From Octopus vulgaris (lineage: Eukaryota), in the NCBI GenBank assembly GCA_951406725.2, contig OX597829.1, positions 34,968,001 to 35,032,000 on the forward strand: DNA of 64,000 nucleotides, written 5' to 3'. The translations under genes were made by a program, and so were the position numbers. The notes under the pieces were generated by a model that saw only the letters and a list, made by a program, of their open reading frames with translations, was not told where the DNA came from and did not search any database. Positions 1 through 11,700 of this stretch are shown in pieces. Within the stretch, counting starts at the first letter, position 1. Each line of letters begins with the position of its first letter.

Positions 1-519
1 GGTAAAATATACGAAGCCCAATATACCCATCATGACTACCCGTATGATAAGGGTACACCAGGCACATGCATCACAACTATACGTGCGCGACATGGCGATC
101 TCATATCAAGATAAACAGCACATGACCTTGCAGGTGAGGCCCAGTCAGAATTTTCTTCTGGTCGAGTAACCCATCCCGCTCAAAAGCTTCCTGAATAAGG
201 GTTGTTTAAGGACGTTGAACGAACCACCCATGTTTCCAGAGGTGAATTATTCAAACCTCTAAGAATCCCTCTCAACACATGGCTATGATGCTCCCCCACT
301 ACTCCGGCTCGTGATCAGGGATGCACATATCGTCAACCACTAAGGGACATTCTCAACTGGTTACGGTCAAACAACTGACAAGCAAATCTGTGGTAATGAG
401 TAGAATATTTGCTGTAGCCCATCTTTTATACCAAGACTAAACAATGTACATGATAACACTTTCAATCAGTTAAGATCAGAAGCCACGAAAGTCACTGCTT
501 GGTACTGCATCAGGGCATT
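1..519 (-). mobile_element. ~555-bp non-coding interspersed element (family X), cut by window edge
   Basis: Near-identical to copies at 50675-51220, 54022-54579 and 54673-55230; followed by (ATC)n. Strand is inferred from the (AAT)n tail on the minus strand. Confidence 0.85.
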
Positions 520-544
520 CATCATCATCATCATCATCATCATT

Positions 545-1135
545 TCCAGGCTTCGAGCGGAGAACAGCCTGCTGACAAAGGTCTCCGAGAGTCTCTTTCC
601 ACGATACTTAACATCTAGTTACCAATCTCCTCACTCTCCTCAATAAATCAGTTTTCTGAGTATGTTCTGCCCTCATGTCATTTACAATTTCTCCAACAAA
701 TTTCTCAAATCTGGTTGTTAATTCTCCCAATGCCTCAACAACTAACGAGATGACAGTTACTTCCTCCGTTGTCAACATTCGTGCAATCTCATCTTTAGCG
801 GCTTGTAATTCTCAGTCTTTTCCAGTTATTTATCAGTCACGCGTATTGCCATTCCCAGGTATGGCAATATCTATGATCTTGGTTTCCGTCATCATTTTAT
901 CTGCTACAGCAATGTCTGATCTCCGAGCATCAATCACCGAGTCACACTGGTTTGTAAAATCCCTCAAGATTTTATCCTCATTATTTTCGGTGACACCTTC
1001 TGGTTTATGCTCGTACAAATTCAATTTTATCTGCTACAACAATGTCTGGTCTCCGAAAACTAATCACTGAATCACGCTGGACTGTCGAATAATTCAAGAT
1101 CTCATGCTCATTATTCTCAGTGAAGCCTTCAGGTT
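545..1135 (-). pseudogene. 3' fragment of R4/Dong-type non-LTR retrotransposon (restriction-like endonuclease domain)
   Basis: Minus ORF 833-1024 YEHKPEGVTEN..KIL.DF..QCD..I.ARRSDI....K....KIIDIAIP matches the RLE PD-(D/E)xK region; 3' end abuts (ATC)n. Confidence 0.8.
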
Positions 1136-1330
1136 TCAATGTCCTTTCAATTATTTTTTATTGCTAATCGTAACCCATCGCTACACCGCCGAGTAATGAC
1201 GTAGTCAAGATGAAATAGATCCTTCAGCAGAAACATAATACAACGATCACAGTGATATGCTCAATTATTACACACATGTGAGTGAGAACACTGAGATATT
1301 TTTGGTATCTAACATATGCCAGATACTGCG

Positions 1331-1434
1331 AGCGTTGCTTCTGATTGGTCAATCCATGGTGATGACCCGAGGTCACGGTGACAGCGCTGCTTCTGATTGG
1401 TCAATCCATGGTGATGACCCGAGGTCACGGTGAC
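1331..1434. repeat. Tandem duplication of a 52-bp unit
   Basis: agcgYtgcttctgattggtcaatccatggtgatgacccgaggtcacggtgac occurs twice. Confidence 0.9.
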
Positions 1435-1530
1435 GGCACTACTTTTGTTATTCATAAGTTACAACTAAACGTGAAGAATTTAGTTAATGGGTTAATAAAA
1501 TATGGTCGTTTATTCGTGTGTAATAAATAA

Positions 1531-1662
1531 AATACCAAACTCATTCCCTATGGATACCGTATTTATTACAACTCGTGGCTTGTAAACGTATCTAACGTTA
1601 GATACGTTTACAAGCCACTCGTTGTAATAAATACGGTATCCATAGGGAACTCGTTTGGTATT
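1531..1662. repeat. ~130-bp near-perfect palindrome, probably the end of a non-autonomous DNA element
   Basis: Arms aataccaaac..ttccctatggataccgtatttattacaac..gtggcttgtaaacgtatctaac and its reverse complement, with no spacer. Confidence 0.85.
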
Positions 1663-2094
1663 CTCTATCTACCAAACCTGCTTTTTTTTCTTAAAGCAGA
1701 TTTTAATTCGATCTTTCACACACACGATCATCATCATCATCATCATCAACATCAACAACGACGACGACGACAACGACAGCAAGAACAACAACAACAACAA
1801 CCTGTCATTATAGTGAACGTCATTTTTTAAAGTCTGTGTTACTTTCTCTGTATGCTGAAAGACGTACAGAAACGCTTGCACACACACACACATGCACACG
1901 CGCGCACACACAGATGCATACACACACACACACAAGCAGACGCATGCACACATACACACATATACACATAAGCAGCCAAGAAAAAGTTAAATATGCGTAA
2001 TATATATATATATGTACTTATTTTTTTGAAGCCTGTGTTACATTGTGTTGACAAACTTGCACTTAATTTGTTAGTTGCTATTATGACAATACAA

Positions 2095-2569
2095 CCTATC
2101 TACCTACCTACCTACCTACCTACCTACCTACCTACCTACCTACCTACCTACCTACCTACCTACCTACCTACCTACCTACCTACCTACCTACCTACCTACC
2201 TACCTACCTATCTACCTGCCTACCTACCTACCTGCATACCTACCTACCTACCTACCTACCTACCTACCTACCTACCTACCTACCTACCTACCTACCTACT
2301 TACCTACTTACCTACCTACCTACATACCTACCTATCTACCTGCCTACCTACCTACCTGCATACCTACCTACCTACCTACCTACCTACCTACCTACCTAAC
2401 TACCTACCTACTTACCTACCTACTTACCAACCTACCTACCTACCTACTTACCAACCTACCTACCTACCTACCTACCTACCTACCTACCTACCTACCTACC
2501 TACCTACCTACCTACCTACTTAGCTACCTACTTACCTAACTACCTACCTGCCTGCCCGCCCACCTGTTG

Positions 2570-2610
<41 letters not shown>
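2095..2610. repeat. (CCTA)n followed by (CTAT)n microsatellite
   Basis: Directly visible; produces the false LPTY ORF. Confidence 0.98.
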
Positions 2611-2611
<1 letters not shown>

Positions 2612-5600
2612 CCTTATACCGCACTCACCACACACAAACACTCAACAACCAACAGCAACGAAAACAACAACACAACCACTTACACAGACATACATAGAAG
2701 CCTACAACATACCCTTACCCCCTTCTGATTCCTCAGAAAATTCGTCGGAAGACGAAACCAGTGAGGAATGGCAAATAGCTAGAAAAGGAAGGAAAAAAGA
2801 GCAGAAACACAACCAAACCAAATGCAAACACAAACACAGCAGGGGGAAATACATCTCCCGAAGACATTTCAAGACCCAACACAAACAACAACCACACCAA
2901 CACCACAAAAATATATACAGCAAACAAGCTCACAGCTATAGACACCAAAAAAACGCAAATTTGATGGAATACATCAAATCAAAAACAAACATAACAGAAG
3001 ATGACATTAAAACAAACAATCATACACAACACACCGGACCACATCAAAATACTACATATCTCCAGAAGTCTGCACCACACACTAAAAGGCATTTTCCCCA
3101 GTGCGGTTGGTAAATGCCAAAAATACCCCACAAAGAAACTTTACTGGGATCTCCTCGAGGACAAACCAAAGGAGGAGAAAGCAAAAACTTTCGAGCAGTA
3201 AGTAATCCTCTGTTCCTTTCACTTGTATTCTAATTCATTAGGATTATGATCAAGATTGGTTGTGTAAATGCGCGTACCCTTGTTTACAAGGGTACCTCTT
3301 AAATAACATAAAGTCACACAAGTTAGAAATCATAGCCATAAGTGAGACCAGACTCCACAATCTGCGGGCCCTAAAGACCATGTTTGGCGGACAGTTCAAC
3401 ATTTATTTTCCCCCTGTCTGCCAAGAATGGGCGGTAGTGGCACCGCGGTACTTTTTCGCAAGAGTCTGGATCTCAAAGTAGAGACAATATTCGTAAACCC
3501 GGAGGGTAGACTGGTCGTCCTGGATATCGACGGCAGCAATGGGTGCGCTTTTCGACTCGTATCAGTCTACGCACCGCCCATAACAGGTCGGGCGGATTTC
3601 TTTCAACGTCTAGAAGCATTCTTGGGAACGTCTCGTCCTTTACTCTTAGTGGGGGATTGAAATGCTACCTTGGACACGCATATAGACTACGTGGGCAGAG
3701 TTAGGAATAGACGGGGATGCAAATGCCACAGAGACCCGCTCAGACGCTTTTAACTGTCTGACAGGTTCCGACTAAACCACCCGAATGCGCCAACGTGGAC
3801 ATGGAGCAACCGCATCGGGTCGTCGAGATCGTATCTAGATAGGATACTGTGTAGGACAGTAGATAGAGATAGCATAGGATGTCCACAATTCCACATAGTG
3901 AGCTACACGGATCACAAACTTGTGACATGTACACTAGACTTAGGTAAGACACATAGGCAGGGTCCCGGATACTGGAAACTAAACGCGTCTTTCCCATAGA
4001 GACAGGTTTTCAGAGACCGGATTAGCACACTAGTAAAGAGGGCTTTGACGGGAGCCATCATCAACAACAAATGGTGGTTTGCCCTCGAGAGAGCAGTAAA
4101 AGCAGAAGCGATTAGGTACAGCAAAGCACTAGCCATAGATAGAAATAGAGTAGAGGGTGAGCTAGTTAAGAAACTAGAAGAGGCAATTAGAAGCGGAATC
4201 GCATCCGACGTTTTGGCGGCAAGGTTGGCCCTCGACCAACACTTCAACGCCAAACACGAAGGGTGTGTTGTCAGAGCTAGGATGCGTGCTCTAAAGAACG
4301 AAGGTGCTGGAGCCGCGAGAGAGGTCCGGGTGGCAGAGGCGCAACAGAGCAACAAAGCCACTATTCGGTCTCTGGTAGATGAACAGGGGCGCGAATTGCT
4401 CGAGCCAAGTAAAATGTGTGAGGCCTTTCAACAGCATTTTACTCGACTGTTCGGGACGAGTGGCAGGCAAGAACGTAGGGTGGACTTCAGTGCCTACCTA
4501 CACAGCCTACCACGACACTCGACAAGAGAGGCAGGGCGTTGCGAAGGTGCCATCACGGCGGCGGAAGTGCAGGACGCGATGGCAGAATGCTCGAGGGACA
4601 AATCGCCGGGTCTGGATGGTCTACCCTACGAGCTTTACAGTTGTATGCCAGACTTGTTTGGAGACGTCTTGACAGCGGTGTACTGCAGCTGGCAGCAAAA
4701 CGGGAGCATTCTTGGTTTTGTGAGCCGAGAAGCCGTAACACTGCTGAAGAAAGATCTAAACAAGGGGAATGTAATAGATAACTTTAGGCCCATCACTCTG
4801 CTTAATACAGACTTGAAACTTTTGGCCAAGGTGTTAGCCAAGAGGTTGGTGCTTGTCATCGAGAAACTGGTCGACAAGGCGCAAACGTACGCCGTGCCGG
4901 GCCGGAGCATCCATGACAACCTCCACCTGATGCGCTACATCATAGACAGGGTAGTTAAGGAACCTGGCATGGGTGGGGCGCTGATCAATTTGGATCAATC
5001 GAAAGCTTTCGATAGGGTAGGCCATCGATACTTAGAGGCTGTCCTCAGAGCGGCTGGTTTCGGTCCCGTCTTCCGCGGCTGGATAGCCGCTTTGTACAGA
5101 GGCATCCGTTCGGTAATTCGCGTAAATGGACATCTATCGAGACCTTTCGACATCGCACGTTCGGTCCGTCAGGGATGCCCCCTCTCGTCGTTTCTATACG
5201 TATTGACTCTCGAGCCATTATTGCGGAAGTTGGCAACTCTGAGGGGCATCCCGCGAGAACTGGGATGCGGGACGAGCATGTCTGCATACGCGGACGACGT
5301 CACCGTCATAGTGTCTAGCCACGAGCACATCGAGCAGGTCGGCGAGACACTGAAAAACTACGAAGCGGTGACAGGAGCGAAAATCAACCGGGAAAAGTCA
5401 GTGGGCTTGCGACTCGGCACCGGTCGAGTTGCTTGGGATCTGGTTTGGTCCGGACTTCCAAATGGAGAAGAACTGGAACGAGATAACGAGTAGGGTGGTC
5501 ACTCTCGCCCGGCAATGGGCCGAGAGGAAACTGTCCCTAAAAGGTTGGGCGGAGGTGGCGAACTCGTACATCGCGTCCGTCATTTACTACCGCCTGACCA

Positions 5601-6990
5601 TCGTGCCTTGTCCAGACCCTACCATCACCAAACTAGAACGCATTCTCTTTCGCTTCTTGTGGAAAGGATGCGTCCCGATGGTCAGGCGATCCATTTGCTG
5701 TCAACACCCGTTAAAAGGAGGACTGGGCATGCCGTGGTTGATGATGCGCAGACACGCGCTGAGACTGCTACACCTCAGGTTCTACGTAGACGACGGTGAA
5801 CAGGTGTGGCCGCCGTTTGTGAGGCACGCTTTCCCGCACAACTCGTCTCCATGACCGAACTGCAGTCGTGGATCAAAAAGAGGCCGAGGAAGGGCGAATG
5901 GCACCGCGAGTGTCGCGTTGCTCTCAAGCAACTCTGCCGTCCCGGGTCGACCTCCAACACAACCCAAGCATTCTATAGAGGATTAGTGGAGGGGAAGTAC
6001 GATGACGAGCTCGGGGCGAACCTGGACGTCGACGAGGAATACCTAACCCGCCTGTTCGGGTCGACTTTCGGGCCAGGGCCCATGGACAACTTCCAGAGAT
6101 CCCTGGCCTGGCAGTGCTACCGAGAAGCGCTACCCGTTCGGGATAAGCTCTACAGACACGGCTCGAGAAACACGGGGCCAACCTGCCCGAGATGCGGTCA
6201 GAACGACGAGACCGTTCTGCACGCACTCGTGCAGTGTCCAACAATTTCCAACCTGTGGGCTTATGTCGAACAACTGCTGTCACGTGTGGGACGAGTCGGT
6301 TTATCAGCTGAGTCTATCGTCAATATTGTCACGCCTCCTTCCTTCAAACGGGAAGGAAGAGCTATTTTCATCATCGTTGTGGCTATGGCGAAAGAATGTA
6401 TCAGGTGGACGCGTCTGAAAGGATTGGAGACAAACACTTTCCTCTCTGGTCAATCTCTCATCAACTTCTTCAAGTACCACTTGAAAAGGAAAGTGAGAGT
6501 AGAGAGGCAAGTTTTGTCTAGTGAATGTTTAAAAAAAAGATGGGTGAATGTTGCAAGGATGGCACGTATGAATGACGAAGCCACCTTGAGCATAATCCTA
6601 TGAACCCAGAAATTGAAAACAGAGGGTTACCCACTTGCAAACAAATGTGGTAACATGTAACAATATTGACCGAGGTTACCGTGGTCTTTTCCGTAGGCTT
6701 TTCTTCCCACGGATAAACCTTATCTGCTTCCCTCTTTACACCGTACATCATGACACTGTGATACACGATCCCTATTGATCATTTTTTATCTTTTTCCCCT
6801 TTTTTCCTTTTTTTCTCCTTTTTTCTTTTCTTTTGTTTCTTTTCCTTTTTTTTTCTTTTTTTTCTTCTTTCCCTTTTACGGTCCCTTTTTATCGAAAACC
6901 TACTCCACTTTTTTTTTCTCCAAAAAAGAAAAGCTCTACTTTGTAATCTGTCCCGTCTGTGTGCAGCCCTGTGTGGCTAATAAAGAAACA
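2611..6990 (+). mobile_element. Tx1/L1-clade LINE, 5'-truncated within ORF1, inserted in (CTAT)n
   Basis: ORF1 remnant ending at 3201; APE-RT-CCHC ORF2 3246-6603; T-rich 3' UTR ending gctaataaagaaaca; (CTAT)n on both sides. Confidence 0.92.
3246..6603 (+). pseudogene. LINE ORF2 (AP endonuclease, reverse transcriptase, C-terminal zinc knuckle), disrupted
   Basis: Motifs MIKIGCVNAR, AISETRL, LLVGD*N, YLDRI, TDHKLV, PGLDGLPYELY, FRPITLLNTDLK, DQSKAFDRV, RQGCPLS, YADD, CPRCGQNDETVLHALVQC. Stop at 3658-3660 and several frameshifts. Confidence 0.93.
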
Positions 6991-7170
<180 letters not shown>

Positions 7171-7334
7171 TATTATACACACACTCTTTCACTCACTCAC
7201 TGTATTTCTCAACAACTTTTCTCTTCACCTTCTTCTAAATATATGTTGTAACAGGGATTATCTCCCATTTTGATCTCTCCACTTCTTCCCTTCCTCTAAT
7301 TGATGTCGTGACAGATGGAGACAAACTTCTCAAG

Positions 7335-7388
<54 letters not shown>

Positions 7389-7503
7389 GTTGTTGTTGTT
7401 GTTGTTGTTGTTGTTATTATTATTATTATTATTGTTATTGTTATTGTTGTTGTTGTTGTTGTTATTATTATTATTATTATTATTATTGTTATTGTTGTTG
7501 TTG

Positions 7504-7535
<32 letters not shown>

Positions 7536-7611
7536 GTTATTGTTATTGTTGCTGTTGTTGTTGTTGTTATTATTATTATTATTATTATTATTGTTATTGT
7601 TGTTGTTGTTG

Positions 7612-7661
<50 letters not shown>

Positions 7662-7672
7662 GTTATTGTTGC

Positions 7673-7739
<67 letters not shown>

Positions 7740-7767
7740 GTTATTGTTATTGTTGTTGTTGTTGTTG

Positions 7768-7830
<63 letters not shown>
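7335..7830. repeat. (TTA)n/(TTG)n compound microsatellite
   Basis: Directly visible; produces poly-N/L/I false ORFs. Confidence 0.98.
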
Positions 7831-7831
<1 letters not shown>

Positions 7832-8028
7832 GAACTGGCAGAATCGTTACCACGCTGGGCAAACTGCTTAGCGGCATTTCGTCCGTCTTTACGTTCTGAG
7901 TTCTAATTCGGCTGAGGTCAACTTTGCCTTTCATCCTTTCGAGGTCGATAAAATGATTGCTAGTTGAACATTAAGGTCGATGTAATCGACGATTCCCAAC
8001 TCCAGAAATTACTGGTCTTGTTCCAAAA
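7831..8028 (+). mobile_element. tRNA-derived SINE, family S1 (diverged, different tail)
   Basis: A-box-like ctggcagaatcgtt, B-box-like gagttctaattc, central gcctttcatcctttcgaggtcgataaa shared with other S1 copies. Confidence 0.8.
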
Positions 8029-8040
8029 TCATCATCGTCG

Positions 8041-8092
<52 letters not shown>

Positions 8093-8097
8093 TATTA

Positions 8098-8785
8098 TCT
8101 TCTTACAATTCTGTTTCCATTTCTTGCCGAGTGTCCTCCTGACACCTAGAGTAGAGAAACGCACTGTATACATTGGTAGGCCATTAAAATAAGCACACCA
8201 GGCTGTTCACTTACAAAGTCATGTGATAGAGAAAAAGGTGGCGGGGGGAGAGCAAAACTATAAAAGTATACAAAGAAAATAAAGGAAAAAGGAAAGAAAA
8301 TTCACAGCGACAATGCTCTTCTCAACACGTGTGACGTACTAATTGAGGCAATCGTTTGCCCTTCCTACATGTATAGTAAGCCAGGGATCGTTCTTAAATA
8401 ATTTTCAGTTCTTTTTTTGATCATTGCAAGTGCTCCTACAATCACAGGTATTGTAACCGTTTTGACATGCCACATCTTTTCGATTTCGACGAGCAAATCG
8501 TTATATTTTCTGAGGTTATCAAATTCTTTTGCCGAGATATTATGGTCACAGGGTATGCTCATGCCAATCAATAAACATACTTTATTGTTTTGGTCTTTCA
8601 CAACAATTTCTGGTTTATTTGCTTTGATGGTTCGGTCTGTACATACTGAATAATTACATTTTCTCCCTCAGTTACAGCCTCAGGGTGTCAATAGTTTTGA
8701 TTTTGTAATACCAACACATTATCCTGTGTAGATATTGGCCAACTCTTTCATGTCTTGATTTGTACTCTACAGGTGCTAAAAGCGG
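8098..8785 (-). mobile_element. R4/Dong-type LINE, 3' part (end of zinc knuckle, RLE, 3' UTR)
   Basis: PLLAPVEYKSRHERVGQYLH, KPEIVVKDQ, LIGMSIPCD..ISAKEFD.LRKY, IPVIVGAL; 3' end abuts (ATC)/(TTA) repeats. Confidence 0.85.
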
Positions 8786-11373
8786 AAGATTGGATTGCCT
8801 GAAAGAGGAGCTCGAACGCCAGCTTAAAGGGACATACAGCGACTCTGACAGAAATAAAGTACTCCCAGAAATGTACGGGCTGAAGAAACCACCTGAACCA
8901 AGGGTACCATTCGATTCGAGTGACATCAGATGAAAAGAAATGGATGAGTTCATAAGAAAAGCAAGAGCAAAAAGTTCACCAGGGAACGACGGAGTGAGCC
9001 ACAAGATGTATAAATATTGCCCAAAATTGCGTTTGCAGCTGTTTGCACTGATAAGAGAACTTTGGAAGAAGAAAGATGTAGCGGTGTGTAGCTGAAGGTA
9101 TCTATTTACCTAAAGAGAAAGAGGAAAAAATACTAAGGCAATTCAGACCCATTTCATTATTAAATACTGATGGGAAAAATCATGCTTGGAATTATTGCTT
9201 GACAAATCATAAGATTCATACAGCATAAGGGATATGCTAATGAAGCAATCCAAAAAGCAGGGATCCCTGGAATCCTTGGGTGCATAGAACGGGCATTTGC
9301 CGCCAGGGAAGCTATTACCTGTGTAAAACAACTGAAGCAAAACATGTACATTGAATGGCTAGATCTTGCCAATGCATATGGATTTGTTCCACACGCACTA
9401 ATTCAAGCAGCTATGGACTTCTTTTGGATTCCAGAAGATGTTCAACGCATGCTGATGTATTACTACGACAATTTGAGGATGAGATTTACAGCAGGAAAGT
9501 TCACAACGGAGTGGCAACGGCTTGAAGTAGGTGTTGCAGCCGGATGCACGATATCAGTCATCTTATTTGTGCTAGTCATGGAGATGTTACTAAGATCAAC
9601 AAATTTGTTACAAAGACACCATTAAAGGCTTTTATGAACGACGTTTCTGTATTATCAGAAAGTAGAGAAGCAGCAGATGGAACATTAGAGCGGTTGGACG
9701 AATTAATAGGATGGGCGAGAATGAAATTCAAAGCCCCAAAAATCTCGAAACGTGGCTTTCGTGAAAGGACTCCAAAAATAGGTGAAATTCAGGATAGGAG
9801 GTGAAGATATACCAACGATGAAAGAACAACCAATAAAGAGTACAGATGGTACAGAGTTTTACTAAATGATAAGAAGCAAAGCAAAGAAACACACGAGTTA
9901 GTGGAACAAAGACTAAAGGCAATTGACAGAACAACGTTACCGGGAAAATTCAAATGCTGGATACTGCAATTTGGATTATATCCAAAGATAATGTGGCCAC
10001 TGCAAATGTACGAAATAGCCTCGAGTAGAGTAGAAAGGATGGAACAAAGATGCAGTGTGTTTATCAGAAAATGGCTTGGTCTTCCAAAATCACTGAATAC
10101 AACTGCACTATATGGAAATCTCGTGCTGCAATTACCGATAACATCAATCGCCGAAGAATATAAGGTAGAAAAGGCGAGGACAGTAATGATGCTAAGATAT
10201 TCAAAAGATCAGAACATCCAAGAAAACTCCAAAGGTACGAACAGGGAGGAAATGGAATGCGGAAGAGGCAGTGGTAAACGAAATGAGAAAGGGGGAAGAA
10301 GAAAGGCGGAATGTACATTTGGTGCAATGTAGTCAACTGGGACAGTGCATGAGATGGGAGGAATATGTAGTCAGTCGCAGAATATCATGGAAGGAACTTT
10401 GGGCTTGAGAACAAGCAAGGACATTCTTCCTGATCAAATCTACATTCGACGTTTTAGCCTCACCGGCGAATTTAGTCCGGTGAACATACAAACAACTGAT
10501 GAATTTAGATGTGGAGACAAAGCGACGAAGACATGTTCTATCAAACTGCAGTTTAGCACTAGAAAGGTATACATGGCGTCATAATCAAGTCCTCGGAGTC
10601 ATAAGCGCAGCACTCAAGAATATCGAAGGATATAATAAGGGAGAGTACCCAAAAGTGGAAAATCGTGGAAAAATATACTTCTGGAAGGAGGGAAAAAGAC
10701 ATAAGGACAGACCTTCAAATAAAATATACGAGACAGACGCAAGATGGAAGGGATACTGGGAGCTGGCCACAGATTTGGAAAAACTGTTAATATTTCCACT
10801 CATAAAACCGACAAAAAGACTAGATTTAATCCTATGGAACACAGAACGGAGAATTGGAAATTTACTAGAGCTGACAGTGCCATGGGAAGAGAACATCGCT
10901 AATGCAGAGCAACGGAAGGAGAAGAGGTACGAAAAATTAATCAAGAGTACAGAGAACAGGGATGGACTGTCGAGTATTATCACCTGGCAGTAGGGCCTAG
11001 AGGCTTCAATGAAAGGAAAATGACAACGTTATTCAAAAGAAGGTTTGCATTTTCGTGCTCAGCGCCTAGAAAAGTAATAAGGAGGATGCAGGAGGCAGTC
11101 GAAAAAGCCACCTTCTATATATGGCTGAAGCGAGAAGACCAAAGATGGCTTGGAAGCCATAACATACCGATTGGGAAATAACATCGCTAGGTGAGACTGG
11201 CTGACACTTAAGCAGCATAGCGTTCTCGTTCATGGCGCCCCCTCTTCCTGGTTCGAAGGCTTGCACCACCAAACAGCTGGTCTGCTCTGGCTGCTGGAAC
11301 TGAAACTAACACGACACTATTGGAAGGCAGATTTAGAGAGAGCGCGGGCTAAGATTACGCGCCCTTCCCCTCT

Positions 11374-11476
11374 ATTGGTCAGTTGAAGCTTAGACAGTGT
11401 CACGTGACTAGCTGGTTCTGGCTGCTGGAGTCTACCAGCGAGTATTTAAAGGGAAATTTGGCAGGATGGTCAGTCG
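11374..11476 (+). promoter_or_regulatory. Pol II core-promoter-like cassette in the Hero 3' UTR
   Basis: ATTGG (CCAAT box) at 11374; GTCACGTGAC E-box 11399-11408; TATTTAAA at 11443; Inr-like TCAGTC at 11470 with A+1 at 11472, 29 nt after the TATA start. Confidence 0.6.
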
Positions 11477-11565
11477 CCTGCTGACACTCGTTGACGCTGC
11501 ATCGAAGAGGACAGGGAACAGAGCTGAAGACACTTCCGAAAGTGGGGCCCCCGCCACGTCGGAAA

Positions 11566-11619
11566 CGGTAGAGGAGTAGGGGCCGAAACCGGACGTAGTT
11601 CCTCCTGATGATGTCTTTA
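11566..11619 (+). ncRNA. Putative non-circularly permuted (pseudoknot-type) hammerhead ribozyme
   Basis: cgGUA|gaggag (11566-76), aggggcc-GAAA-ccg (11578-91), uuccuc-CUGAUGA-ugucuuu (11599-618). Stems I, II and III all pair. Confidence 0.7.
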
Positions 11620-11700
11620 GCCACTGGATCCTATAAAGGAACTGTTGAGGTAGCAAACCACGAAACGTGGTTGGAATTCCTCAGGTGCAAAAACCTTATA

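Larger units (their letters stand above)
8783..11700 (+). mobile_element. Hero-clade (R2-group, RLE) non-LTR retrotransposon, 5'-truncated, nested in the R4/Dong element
   Basis: RKARAKSSPGNDGV..KMYKYCPKL, WLDLANAYG.VPH, WQRLEVG.AAGCTISVILFV, KAFMNDV, LPGKFKCWILQF, HVLSNC..AL.RYTWRHNQVL, ELTVPWEENI. Frameshifted; ~540-bp 3' UTR. Confidence 0.85.

Noticed and set aside
4045-5493. Active RT gene (482-aa ORF)
   Set aside because: Fragment of a LINE ORF2 broken by an upstream stop and by frameshifts.
7296-7934. Poly-N, poly-L and poly-I ORFs (also LPTY, YI and HT ORFs elsewhere)
   Set aside because: Microsatellite translations.
11516-11602. Conventional type I hammerhead using CTGAAGA at 11524
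   Set aside because: Needs a 4-nt insertion before the core and lacks proper stem II closure; the permuted fold fits better.
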